Below are positions 1 through 12,289 of a stretch of DNA of 64,000 bases, piece after piece. The position numbers and the translations under genes were made by a program. How positions within the stretch are numbered: the first letter of the stretch is position 1; each line of letters begins with the position of its first letter. A model generated the notes under the pieces. It was given only the letters and a program-made list of their open reading frames with translations. It had not been told where the DNA came from and searched no databases. Source of the DNA: Paraspadella gotoi (lineage: Eukaryota > Animalia > Chaetognatha); contig CM119264.1 of assembly GCA_051294375.1 (NCBI GenBank), positions 12,792,813 through 12,856,812 of the forward strand, written 5' to 3'.

Positions 1-338
1 TAAATATAAACAGGTGGTATAAGATAAGGAATTTGAAAAGATAAAAAAAGAAAAGTAAAACCAAAGAAAAGCTACTTAATTTTCTGAAAATTTGGTAAAA
101 ATTAAAAGGGTTCGTCGATGAAAAATGAGAGAGAACCGACCCATAAACGTTATTCAAAGACGCGAATGGATTTGAAAGGGAAATCTTCGAGGACAGAGTA
201 AGAGTATGGGACATAGTGAAAGAGGTTAACCCAGAGAGAATAGGAAAGGGGAAGCAATGAGTCTTAAAATTCAGCTTTTCTCCCTTTGTTCACGAGCAAT
301 GAAAATTGAAAAAAAAAACCGCCGAATATTAGAATATT

Positions 339-453
339 GCATTTTTAACGTAAGTGGACAGTATCGATTGGACAGACAGACCGAAAAATAAAAAGCTACT
401 TACAGAGTTTGTCCGGCGACGAGGTACTCGCCAGTCTCGCAACTTTTAAAAAA
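339..453 (-). mobile_element. HINE/Helentron-like repeat, 5' fragment
   Basis: Reverse complement resembles 6603-6720 (AGTTGCG hairpin start, GTCT/GTCC repeats, CTGTCCACTTACGTTAAAAATGC). Confidence 0.6.
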
Positions 454-1824
454 ATGGGTTCGATTCGAATGACAATGGAAGTCGAGAACGCTACGATATC
501 ACGAGAGTGAGAACGATCTGGGTTGTTAGCGCCGTTTAAGCATGCTCGCTGGTTGTGTGAGACAAAAGAAAAAAGGTTGATGTTTGTTGAAAGAGAAGAA
601 GAGAAAGAGCCTCGTTATTTACTTCGTGGCTGCTGGTGTTAAAAAAGATGATGAAAGAAGGCGAAACAAAAATTATCGTCGCTTTCCTCGCCTATGATCA
701 TTTTCCGGGTTTTTTCTCGCGAAAATCGAAACGGATTGTTCCGAGACAAGGACGGAAAGCGGAAGGACCACAACGGGTGTGTTGTTGGATTGTGATTGGC
801 GTATTAAATGTCATGAGCGGATTATGAAACACAAAGAATAACTAAGTTCACCGGCTTATTCTAGCGCTAATTAATATTAATGAATTTAAAATACTTTAAA
901 TGCAAAACAATTTTTAAAAATTCATTTAATATTAATTCATATAACTTTAAAACCTGGGTGAGCAAGCGGGGGGATAACAAATTTGTGAAAGTTCTTTTTT
1001 TTTTAAAACAATCATGCCCTTCCGTCCACGTGGGGTGGTGTGGTGGTGGGTGGTATCCTGATTAATATAAATGAACGAGCAAAGGCCAACTAAGCTGTGA
1101 TATCATCAGCTGAATGTTTTGATAAACGTGGGATTTCTAGAGAATAATGATTGTGTCAACTGGTTTAAATGGATTTCGAAAATAGAAAGAAACCTGTGCA
1201 TTCTTTACGAGTCTTGTCAATAAGGCAAAAATCGGCATTTATCAGAGTGACACAAACAGGGGGACTTGTTATGAGAAAACCAATATAAACCGTTTTTATT
1301 AAAATGACTGAAAACTTCTTATATTAAAAAGATTTTTAAAAAAGAAGTTGAGATAATACTTGAAATTTCTAAATAATTATATACTAAGGACCAGAAGAAA
1401 CAATAATGAGCAGTAGAGTTATGCGCCATTGAATGAAAAAGGAAAATATTTCACTTCCGCGTGAATAATCCAATTTTCTTTTTAATGAGAAAAGGGTTAA
1501 TGTGGTGGAAGAGGAGAAAACCGTTGAAAAAAATATGTTAGCGGATTATTGAAGTCAAAGGAAAAACTAACAGAATTAAAAAAAAATCCGAGATATTGAA
1601 TTGCGTTGAAAAGCCCAAAGAGTAATATGCTACTTTGCAACGAATATCATTATGATTTACGGGAGGTAGTAAGCAAAAGTAAGAGACTTCAAAGAATGTT
1701 GCGTTGACCTTACGATCCCGAGAGACAAAAAAAAAAAGCTGAAAGCAAAAAGTACAAAGAAACAAAAAAAAACCAANNNNNNNNNNNNNNNNNNNNNNNN
1801 NAAAAAAAAAAAAAACCAAACAAC

Positions 1825-2042
1825 AACAAGAACGGTGATTCCAATGTGTTTCGCCGCACTGACTTTATTTTTAGCCCTTATTATATAATTGACACTTGCA
1901 TCGAAAATTCGTCTTTTATTTCTCTATAGTTTAGGATTTCCAAGAGGCGCTAGCAGTCACCTAAATTTGAGGTTTTTCTGTCTAAACAAATGACTACCTA
2001 ATATAGGCGAGATTGTATATGCATTTTTAACGTAAGTGGACA
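1825..2042 (-). mobile_element. HINE/Helentron-like repeat, 3' fragment
   Basis: Reverse complement resembles 6700-6790 and 7005-7042, including the GCGGCGAAACACATTG..ACCGTTCTTGTT end; shares GCATTTTTAACGTAAGTGGACA with 339-360. Confidence 0.6.
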
Positions 2043-5000
2043 CTTAAGTAAATAGACAGGATTTCTAGGGCGAACAAAGGGATTTTATTTTTGAATTATA
2101 ACGAATATATACAAAACGGGGATCAATTTGAGCGAGTAAATAATACAATTGGTCCCTATGTATCTGCGTCGGATCGAGGTAGGGTAAGTCTACAGCCGGA
2201 AAGAAAAGCCATCGGCCTTGCGCCGATGCCATTTTCTATCTACATAGATGTTCCATGCTTACTATCCGCGGAGTTTGCTCGCGTTCGCCGATCAATCTTC
2301 GATTCTGGAGTCTTGATTCCTCTGCAGATGCGTCCCCCCTTCCTCAAGACGGTTACGCGGTCAAGTCACGCGTAGCTGGAGTTGCAACCGAGGGGACGAA
2401 GATCCTGTCTGACCTGTCAAGGCTCAGATTCTACCGGTTGTCTATGGTGACCCAGTCTGACGAGCAGAGGCGATGGCGAGTAGCAGGCCGTGGCCTATGC
2501 CTATTATATTATTAAAGCGATGTGACGAATGAGATGAGATTGTTGCATCGGCAAGCCAAGTCCCATTGTAATCTCAATATTCTTTGATTTGTATATGAGA
2601 TCCTCACAATTTCTCAGCGTCTGTTTGTGAGCTTCCTGTGTTTTGTTATGTCGACCCTGTCGGGCAAAGAAATTCCCGACCTTGAGGTATATTTGTTGTT
2701 CTGTCAGAGACTCGATCTGGAAGTCCGGGACATTGCGTTTAAGATATTAATCTTAGTGGTTTCCGCATGTTGCGGTTCATGCCCCATGAGGTAGATGGGC
2801 GGGTTGAGCATTCGGTCGTTTTGATGACGTGTCACTGATGTGGGATGTCATCCGGAATTGCTCCCTGCCTCTGAAGGTGTTATGGAATGTCGGTAACAAT
2901 TCTTCGTTTTCGAATGTAGGGCGTCTGTCACATTTTGAGTGAACATAATTCGCCCTCTTAGATTGCGATTACCCCTCTTTTTATGAAATGTTGTCGGGGT
3001 CTTATGCGATGGATGCTGCTGCTTGTGCTTCTGCGACCTTGAGGCGCGAGATCTCTTTTGATCGATTTGGAAGGCCACGAGCTTACCTTGTTGTCCAGCG
3101 CCAGGCTTTGTCCTGTCTTCCCAAAGACGCCTGTACGAGTTTTTTGTCGTGAGGTCATATCACGCGGACGTGTTTGTAAATAGAAGTGAGGAGATCTTGT
3201 TCTCGACGCTAATTTCACGCCAGGCTACGTTCTTTGTTTTCCATCCAACCGAGCTAAAAGAATTCTTATGTCTGTTTCACAAAGGTGCTGCGCTTCATAA
3301 TTTGCTCATGATCCCGGGATCGGGAAGGAGTGAAGCATTGTTTCCAGCATCGTGAAGCATTTCTTTATGCCTTACTGTCTGCATGTTTTCGGTTTCTAGG
3401 TGCAGTTCTTCAGTGCATTGATTCTATTCCGTTTCGGTGAGGCTCCGATGAAACCGTCTGGCGCTGCGAGTATTGTCGCCTGCAGTCCCGATATGTCGAC
3501 AGTTGGATCTTTCCAGCAAGGTTCCTCCGGGGTAGTGCATATTTCTTGCTCTGTCACAATCGTTTGCCTCGGCTGTTGTTGAGTTTGATTAGCGGATTTC
3601 TGTGTAGAGGGTAGTTAATGTTGAGTGAGTCACCATATACCCTATACTCATTGAAAAATTAATTTTTCGCCGGTACGAGTAACATTCCGCGCTCGGTTTG
3701 CCCACTTGTAAGTAGCTTGATTAATGTCCAGATTTGCTTCCCTTGTCCTTTAGTGGTTCAATCTTCCAGCTTCGATTTGCCAATCTTTGGGGATGTTTCT
3801 CAGGGAGACGCGTTTCTCTTTGTGAGGTTAGCATTGCTTCTTTGAGATACCATGGTCCACAGTTTTAGATTCTGCGTACTGGTATGGACCACATACCACA
3901 CCCTTCCAGAGGCCATGTTGTGAGCATCACAACCTTTCATCGTGTTCTTCTTTTCCGGGGATAAAAACTACTCCACGGCATGATTCTCTGTGATGGTTTA
4001 TGTTACGCAGTGGTGCGGGTCGAGCATAGTCGCGCTGGTTTGAGTCTTGTTGCATTCATATATTGTTATGACGTCTGTTGTTTGTTTCCCTTTTCTGGGG
4101 TTGCTGAGCTCCAGGTGACGAGGAGTGAGCCCAGCGAAAAATGACGAACAAAATTTCTTACCTTTCATTTTTTTACTTTTAAATTCTTAAACAAGACTTT
4201 TGGCTTATCTTTAAAAAAGACTCTTTTGGTATTATATATTTTTTATCTTTTATAAAAGTCTGGAAAAGATTTGTAGTTCTTTAAAAGACTCTTTTTATTA
4301 TATATATTTTTTATTTTTGGATCTTTTTTTTTTTTTTGTTTGTTTTCGCCTCGGCGTCTTTGTATCTACTTCTATTATACGTCTTTGTATTTACATGAGA
4401 GATGATTCCTTATTCGCCATGCTTTATTTCTGTTTCTTTAGGCGAGTCTGTGATTTTCAGGTTTCGAACCAGCTCTATAGAGACACATAGTGATTTCCGT
4501 CTCTTTCTTATAACTTGTGAGGCGCTTATATCCTTTTACTTTATTTACGTTGTGCCGTCCCGGTCATTATCAGATTCGTCTGGCTAGGACCAGATACCAC
4601 TGATTTCTCGTTCTTATATGTTCCTTCTGGCCATTGTTGTAGAGTTTTGTTCTCTGACTGCCGTTTCTGGGACTTTTCGTTTCGCCCTTTGTTGATGAAT
4701 CGATAAGTTTCTCTTTGTGAATCGTCTGCGCTTTCTACTATTCTCGTCTGTGACAACTGATTTCATGTGGCGATTGTTGTTTACACCACTATAGATTCGC
4801 GTTGAGGAAGCATCAAATTGGCAGCTGTTCGACCATCTGGCTGTTGATCATTCACGCTTGCGCAGGCTTGCGTATTCGGCCTATGACCCTCCTCCTATTA
4901 CACTGTCTTTCGCCTAGAGACGTCTCCCACAGTATCGAGCAGATTGAGTATTATTTCATGTCCGATCCGTTTACTGTTTGCACCATCGAAATTCACTTCC

Positions 5001-5595
5001 ATGTAAGATCGTGTAGGAGAAATCTTTTCGTCGGTCTTTACTTGTGTGCGCCATCAGCCCGACGCAATGTCGCCAGGTGTACAAGCGTTATCTGACGCTA
5101 CCATCGTAACTATTCCGGATGCGAATGCATGACGTCAATGACTAGCGTTCCAGCGCATGCGAGTGGGCTGACGACGTTCTCATTTGTCTTTGTGTTCTGT
5201 TCTTTGCGCATATTCACAGTTTCTGAGCAACTTGCTCAGCAGCTGATAATCCAGAGCCGAGACTATACTGGCTAGTAATGATGCTGTTCGATCGCGGCCG
5301 GATATTCCAAATGTTCATAGAAAACTTGTTGATATTTCCCTTTTTCGTGTAAGACGATTTTCTTTGTAGCGTGCGCTTTGATCCTTTAATTGATAAGAAT
5401 GCGTGTTGTGATTTCCAGTGTCCTAGGCAATTGACACGTATTTTCAGTGATTGTTTTTGCGTTTTGCATTTCTTTGTCTAAGTCTTGTCTGCCTTTTCGC
5501 GTGCTCCTTTAAAGGCGTCTGATAATTATTTGAAAGATTCCTATCACTTTGCCATCTTTTAATCTCGTGCAAGGGGACGATTCACCGTTTTCGGA
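2043..5595 (-). mobile_element. Highly degenerate non-LTR retrotransposon (LINE) remnant
   Basis: Minus-strand fragments resembling RT motifs in the expected order: KKGNINK..NIRP (about 5290-5345), VNFDGA..RIGHEIILNLLDTVG (about 4925-5000), ADD-like remnant (about 4570-4590). Many stops and frameshifts; boundaries approximate. Confidence 0.5.
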
Positions 5596-6602
5596 TCAGC
5601 CAATTATCTCTCTCTGGAAAAAAAAGCAAAAAAAGCAAAAAATAGCAATGCTAAATCTCCTTTGACTCGATTCACTAATGGAATCGGCTGGCCAAAACCT
5701 TCGACGCGCCGGATCGAGGCTCAGAATATGAATGATTTTCAGTCTTTCTCTTTCTCTCCGACGCGAAAGAATTTTTATTTGACGCGTGTAAACGCGGTTC
5801 TGTAAGACCCTTTTCTGTCTGTTAGCCATTATATTGAAAGGATAAAAGTACGATGAAAAAAAGTTTTGTAATTTGAATGATGCATTTTAAGAGCTCGAGA
5901 AAGATGTCAATTTCAATTAAAAAAAGACACAGAATAAGAGAACCACGCGATTAGTAGTAATTAACGCTGGATTCATCGTCATGATTTTTTTCTAATATTT
6001 CGGCCATTGCTCATTGCTCAATGCTCATTTTTGATAATGAAGATTCCAATTGATAACCTTTAATAACCTAAATGACTTAATGACTTAAAAGTTATGTAAC
6101 ATGACTCGAATGTCCCGAATGACCTAAACGACCAGCAGTAACAGCTTTTCCAATGTTAAAAAATCATCAGTCAACAGTCAACCCACACACAATCTGATTA
6201 AGAACAAAGGATGAACCACGTTTCCGTATCTCTCATCTTCCTGTCGCGATTTTCCTTCTCTTGATCTCACCTCGTCCGTCATCCGTATCTTCCCCCGCTC
6301 TCCTCTTCCCGGTCGTCGGCCCTCTTATCTCGGCTCGCAATTCACCTTTATGAGTCGATTGCGCCGGGAAAATACGGCTCGAGTCCAAAGGCTTCTCTAT
6401 AAAGGTTGTAGCTCCATCGGCAGGGAGTTAATTTATAAAAAGTATTAGACGGTTTAAGATTTAAAAAAGCGACGGTTTCATTTAATAAAGCTTTTTCTCT
6501 ACGTTAACGACGTTAAACATCGTTGACCAAAGCCCATGCTGTGTGGCAACGACGCTTATATTTAAGAATATGCCACGACATGTACATCAACCGTTTGAAT
6601 CG

Positions 6603-7042
6603 TTTTTTAGTTGCGCCGCGAGTACTCGCGGAGCAATTCTATAAGTCACTTTTCGGTCGGTCGGTCCGTCGGTCTGTTGGTATGTCTATCCATCAGTCTG
6701 TCCCACTTACATTAAAAACGCTTATAACTTGCCTATAGTTTGTAGCTCATTTGTTAAAAATCAAATCTAAGCGACTACTACCGCCGCCTTTTGTTTTTAA
6801 AGAAATCTTAGTAGAAAAAACAAAGTTTAAATGATTTTTTACAACGAATTTGTTTTTATTATTATTTGTTGTAAAAAAATTGTTTTTGTTTTTGTTTTTC
6901 CTACTATCAAACTAACAACAAAAAAGAAAGGTTAATATATCATGTTTACCAAAGAAATCTTATAAACTATAAAGAATAAATAACATGATAAATAAAAAGA
7001 AAAGTAATGCGGCGCAACACATTGAAATAACCGTTCCTTGTT
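6603..7042 (+). mobile_element. Non-autonomous Helentron-associated element (HINE/DINE-1-like), near full length
   Basis: T-run start, subterminal inverted repeat GTTGCGCCGC (6610-6619)/GCGGCGCAAC (7009-7018), 5' hairpin CCGCGAG-TA-CTCGCGG, (GGTC)n tract, CTTGTT end. Confidence 0.7.
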
Positions 7043-8489
7043 AACTTTATTTGCAATTCTCAATAAGATTTCTCAGTATTTTAGTTAACCGTATTTTTTA
7101 AAACTCTGAATCAAGTTTAGTTTTTAGTTGAGTAAACGTGTTATTGTACCCTGGCGAGAAATTATTACGTCAATAACTCGAAATCGAAGCTAAGTTGATC
7201 CCTTTGACCTCGTTCAAGGTCAAACTCTCGACCTTTCGACCTTCGGCATCCAAATAACCGAATGCGCTGTCGAGCGTTCCGGCCTCCCGAGGCGCGTTTT
7301 GACTTCCGTTCAAATTCTTGTTCTTTTCCGAAAATGTAAGCAGTTTATGACGCAGTTAACTACACAAAATTCTGTCATTCTCTCTTTTCTATGTTTGTCT
7401 GTCNNNNNNNNNNNNNNNNNNNNNNNNNNNNNNNNNNNNNNNNNNNNNNNNNNNNNNNNNNNNNNNNNNNNNNNNNNNNNNNNNNNNNNNNNNNNNNNNN
7501 NNNNNNNNNNNNNNNNNNNNNNNNNNNNNNNNNNNNNNNNNNNNNNNNNNNNNNNNNNNNNNNNNNNNNNNNNNNNNNNNNNNNNNNNNNNNNNNNNNNN
7601 NNNNNNNNNNNNNNNNNNNNNNNNNNNNNNNNNNNNNNNNNNNNNNNNNNNNNNNNNNNNNNNNNNNNNNNNNNNNNNNNNNNNNNNNNNNNNNNNNNNN
7701 NNNNNNNNNNNNNNNNNNNNNNNNNNNNNNNNNNNNNNNNNNNNNNNNNNNNNNNNNNNNNNNNNNNNNNNNNNNNNNNNNNNNNNNNNNNNNNNNNNNN
7801 NNNNNNNNNNNNNNNNNNNNNNNNNCTCTCTCTCTCTCTCTATTTGGTTATTACTCCCAGTTATGAATTTTTATTATGTTCTCTCTACCTCTTTCAGCTT
7901 CAGCTTCACGATCTTCATTCTTTTCTCAATTCTTTTTCTTCCCTCGAGGATCACAAGAAATTCTCAGCTTTTTTTTTGTTTCTCATTTTTTTCATAAACA
8001 AATTTTCACTTTGAGGTTTGATGAAATTTCTTAAAAACCTTTAAAATAAATATTTAGGTAAATTTATTTTTGTAAAATAAATAAATTTCGTATGACCGAG
8101 ACTCCTTTCATTAAGGAGGACACTTCTTTATGGACAGATTTATGTTTNNNNNNNNNNNNNNNNNNNNNNNNNNNNNNNNNNNNNNNNNNNNNNNNNNNNN
8201 NNNNNNNNNNNNNNNNNNNNNNNNNNNNNNNNNNNNNNNNNNNNNNNNNNNNNNNNNNNNNNNNNNNNNNNNNNNNNNNNNNNNNNNNNNNNNNNNNNNN
8301 NNNNNNNNNNNNNNNNNNNNNNNNNNNNNNNNNNNNNNNNNNNNNNNNNNNNNNNNNNNNNNNNNNNNNNNNNNNNNNNNNNNNNNNNNNNNNNNNNNNN
8401 NNNNNNNNNNNNNNNNNNNNNNNNNNNNNNNNNNNNNNNNNNNNNNNNNNNNNNNNNNNNNNNNNNNNACAGACAATTACAGGACTCAC

Positions 8490-8980
8490 CTGCAAAACGA
8501 TGAGGGACAAGGAATTCGAGGTCACGCCCAAAACGACGACGACGAGAAAGACGACGTTGAACCAATCCCCGAAGAAACCGTTGACGCAGTCTGACGCCGT
8601 GACGTTGAGATTGGCGTTGGAGGAGTCGTTGGCGTCGAAAGCGGAAAACGTGACGTTGAGAGATGAGATTGGAGTGGAAGTGACGTAGAGAGAGTCATTA
8701 CTAGGATAGGCGTCGAGAGTGGCGTTGTAAGCGGCGACGAATGGCGCCGAGTGGCCGGCGGCGTCGTAATCGTCTCTGTAAAGGATAACGTTGTTCATGT
8801 TGTCGTTGTCGACGTGGGCGTCGGAACTGATTCGATCGGCCGAGTCAACTTCGACGGGATATTCAAAGTTGGGCGTCGAATACGGAGTCGGATTCGGCGT
8901 CGCTTCGTAAGGAGACGGTCGGCGATCTGACGAGGATGCATCGACGCCGTCGAGGGTCAAAGGGGGAAGGCGGGACGTTT

Positions 8981-9021
<41 letters not shown>

Positions 9022-9143
9022 TCGAGAGCGGAGTTCAAGTTCGAGACGTTAAAAAACGTCGATTGTTCGCTTTCGTCGTCAACGATGACGTCGTCGGCAC
9101 GCAAGATGTCGCCACCGTCATTTTGAGTTCGAACAAATTTCAT
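8490..9143 (-). CDS. Rhodopsin-class (probably peptide) GPCR, first coding exon (N-terminus plus TM1)
   Basis: ATG at 9143, 218 open codons, poly-Thr, several N-x-S/T sequons (NVS, NAT, NDS, NVT), TM1-like WFNVVFLVVVVLGVTSNSLSLIVLQ, then CAG|GTGAGT donor. Later exons not found. Confidence 0.72.
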
Positions 9144-12100
9144 TATTTTTTTAAAAAATTTATTGATCGCGAGACTTCGCGAGACTTTCGTCGTCGTCGT
9201 GGTCGTCGTTATCCTCGGAGATAGAAAACTAATTGATCGTCGAAAGAGAGAAAGAGAGAAAAAATTTTTTTTTTCTGAAATCAAACGAAAGCAGACAAAA
9301 AATAATGGATTTTCTCGTAAAGTTCGGGTGATTAACGGAAAAAACCCTTGAAATTTTCAGAGTTTGGGTGGAAAAAAAAAAAGAGGGAGGGAAGGAGAAA
9401 GGAAGAAAGGGAGGAGAAATGGGAAGGGAACGAGGAAGCGGAAGAGGAGAGGGAGAGGGAATGAAAGAGAGATCGATTAGGATCTGAATATTAAAGGAAG
9501 AGAAAGGGAGAAGAGATAAAGAGAGGGCGAGGAGGGAGTAAATTTAGAGGGAGTTTAAGATGAGGATTGAAAGATTAAGGAAAATATATAAGTAGAGAAG
9601 AAGAGAAAGAGACTGAGGGAATAGGGCTAAATGTATAGAGGGAGAAAGGAGTTAAAAATAGAGAAAGAAAGAGAGAAGAATATAAGGATATATATTATAT
9701 AAGGATCTTTCAAGAGAGGAATCTAAAATACAGAGTTTTCGCTGATAATTGAGCATAAAGAAATAAAGAAGAGAGATAATAGAATAGAAATAGAGAAAAT
9801 AGAGAAGGTGAGGACTCAACGCGCATTGAGATTTTTTTTTCTCTCTTCGAAGTAGACGGCTCGAAGACGCGATCAGAAGTGGATGAAGAATCGACGCCCC
9901 GTACAATCGTAGCTTTTTTTTTTCATTGATTCATCTGTCTATATATCTTGTTGCCTTGGCTCCTATCCATAGTCCAATAGTCAGTCTTGGGTAACTAGTT
10001 CATCTCTTTGACTCTTTTATTGCAAAATAGTTATTGCAATTAGTGAAATTTATACTTTAGGCTACTTTGCGACTACTTCACGCTTCGGCGTTAGTTTTTT
10101 CTAATTTTTTTACTTTCGTCGGTTTTTCTGTCGCACAAGAAAAAACAAAGAATTAAAAATATAATAACACGTTATAACAACCAAAACAGCTGCTAAACTT
10201 TCACTACAACAAAAACAAAAACCCTCGATCCCAGAAGTTGTTTTTTTCATCGGTTTTTGTTTTTCTCTCTCTCTCTCTCTCTCTCTCTTCTCCTCTCTCT
10301 CCCCTCCTCGTCCTCTCTCTTGGGTCTCGAAAATCTTCTCCCTCTCTCTCTCTCCTCCTCCTCTCTCATCTCTCTCTCTCTCTCTCTATCTCTCTCCCTC
10401 TCTCTTCTCTCTCTTTCTTCCCCGTCTCGTTTTTTCTTTTACTGTTTCGTCGACGCGTCTCATCCGGCTTCTGTTTTTCTCCTCAAGAGCGGCAGTGTTT
10501 TTCTTTTTGTTCGTCCCTCGTATATAATCCTTAGCCGGTTGGTTTTTTTACTTCTCTTGTCCGTAACTGTTCAATGTGTCCGTCGGTAGAGGGGGGCGGG
10601 CATCGCGAACTCTCTGGAATCGCGTCGGTTTTTCGCGCCTTCGGGTGGAGTTTTGTTTGTTATTTATTATAACTGTTTATTATCGGTTCTCTCTATTAAC
10701 TTAAGCGGATATATATGCTCTTTGTTGGAGAAAACACAAGAAACGATTTTTACTTTTTCTGCTTTAAAATAATGGCTTTTTCCGAAACATTCTTTATTTA
10801 TTTATTCTTTTTTGGATTTTTAAAGCATACAATTAACTTTTCTCTGTAATGCCTAATCTATTGTGTGTTAAGAGAGGATTATTTAATATTTAACTTCAAA
10901 AGCTCATTTTACATATTGTCGTGGTAGTTATTTAGTTGGTTAATTTTTTAGTTTAGTAATTATTGTTCATTTTTACATTTATTTATAGTTAGTTATATTA
11001 CTTAGTTAGTATTAGTAGTTATTTGTTCTATTATAGTCTTAATTATTGGGTCATTATTGATTCCAGATATGTTAAGAAATCTCTCTCTCTCTTCAGTTCA
11101 TTCTAACAGAGATTCGCGAGTTCGAAGGTTTTTTTTTTCGTGTTGCAATCGACTTTATTGGCAGCTCATGCCGCTCTGGGAGGAAAGCGAGGAGTTGTTT
11201 TTGGCGACGAGTCGATGTCGTTCGCGACGTCTTTGCTTTTGACGTCGCCACTCCCCTCCCCCCACTCCCCCCCTCGTTCTCTGTCTTATCGCCGCTTCAG
11301 ACGTCAACTTCTTGTTTTAAGGTCAGTTCCGGGTCTCGATCTCCAGCGTCAATCTGAACTTTATAAAGGTCAAAGCCTTGGCCTATCGCTTGGCGTCTTC
11401 ACGAGTGGCTTAACTTGGGGGATTTTTATTACCACATTGCTTGTCCCTATTTTTTTTTCTCTATCAATTTGTTTCAATTTTTTTTGTTTTTTCTCGATTT
11501 CCCATCAGAATTCCTTCATAATCTTCTCTCCTTTTTGTTCTACTTTTCACTCCACTTCTACCCCTTCTCCCTTTCTCTTTTCACTCCCCTAGTTTCTCTA
11601 CCCCTAGTCTCTTAATCGTCTTCTCCCAAGACACTCCATCACTCCTCATCATCCTCACTCCTCACCTCACTCTCACTCCTCACTCCCACACTCCTCACTC
11701 CATCATCTCTGGATTCCTGGATCCCATCGGGTCCAAAGCCATCTCAGCCATAAACCAAGTTTTCCCTTCCTTTCTTCTTCTAGGCTCCCAAAACCGAAGG
11801 TTAAAACATTTAAAGTAAAAAACGAACTAATGCGTCTGTCTCTGCCTCTCTCTCTCTCTCTCTCTCTCCTTCTCTCTCTCTTCTCTCCGTTTACCCCCTC
11901 TGCCGCTAGAGACTTTAAAAAATAGAGTAAAAAGAACAAGCGTCGAGCCTCAACACGCCGCAGAGAAATCAAATATTTTTTTTTTGCTCGAAATTCTATT
12001 CTCGTTTGTAAATTATATAAAATGGAAATCAAATTTCGAAGTTGAGCGTGAAAAATTGACCGGAAATTCTTTGTTTCCGGTTTCGTAAGTGATGGAATTT

Positions 12101-12146
12101 ATGCGGTAGGGAAAATTTGCGTTTACTTTGCGTGATCCTCTCTCTC

Positions 12147-12232
<86 letters not shown>

Positions 12233-12289
12233 CGCTTTTCTCTTCTGTTTTAGTTATGTTTATATCTTTGTAAGATTATGTTTTATCTA

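Noticed and set aside
7170-7335. GC-richer stretch as the second GPCR exon
   Set aside because: No TM2-like hydrophobic segment in the frames examined and no clear acceptor.
7299-8476. Long ORFs in the track spanning N runs
   Set aside because: They are open only because of assembly gaps.
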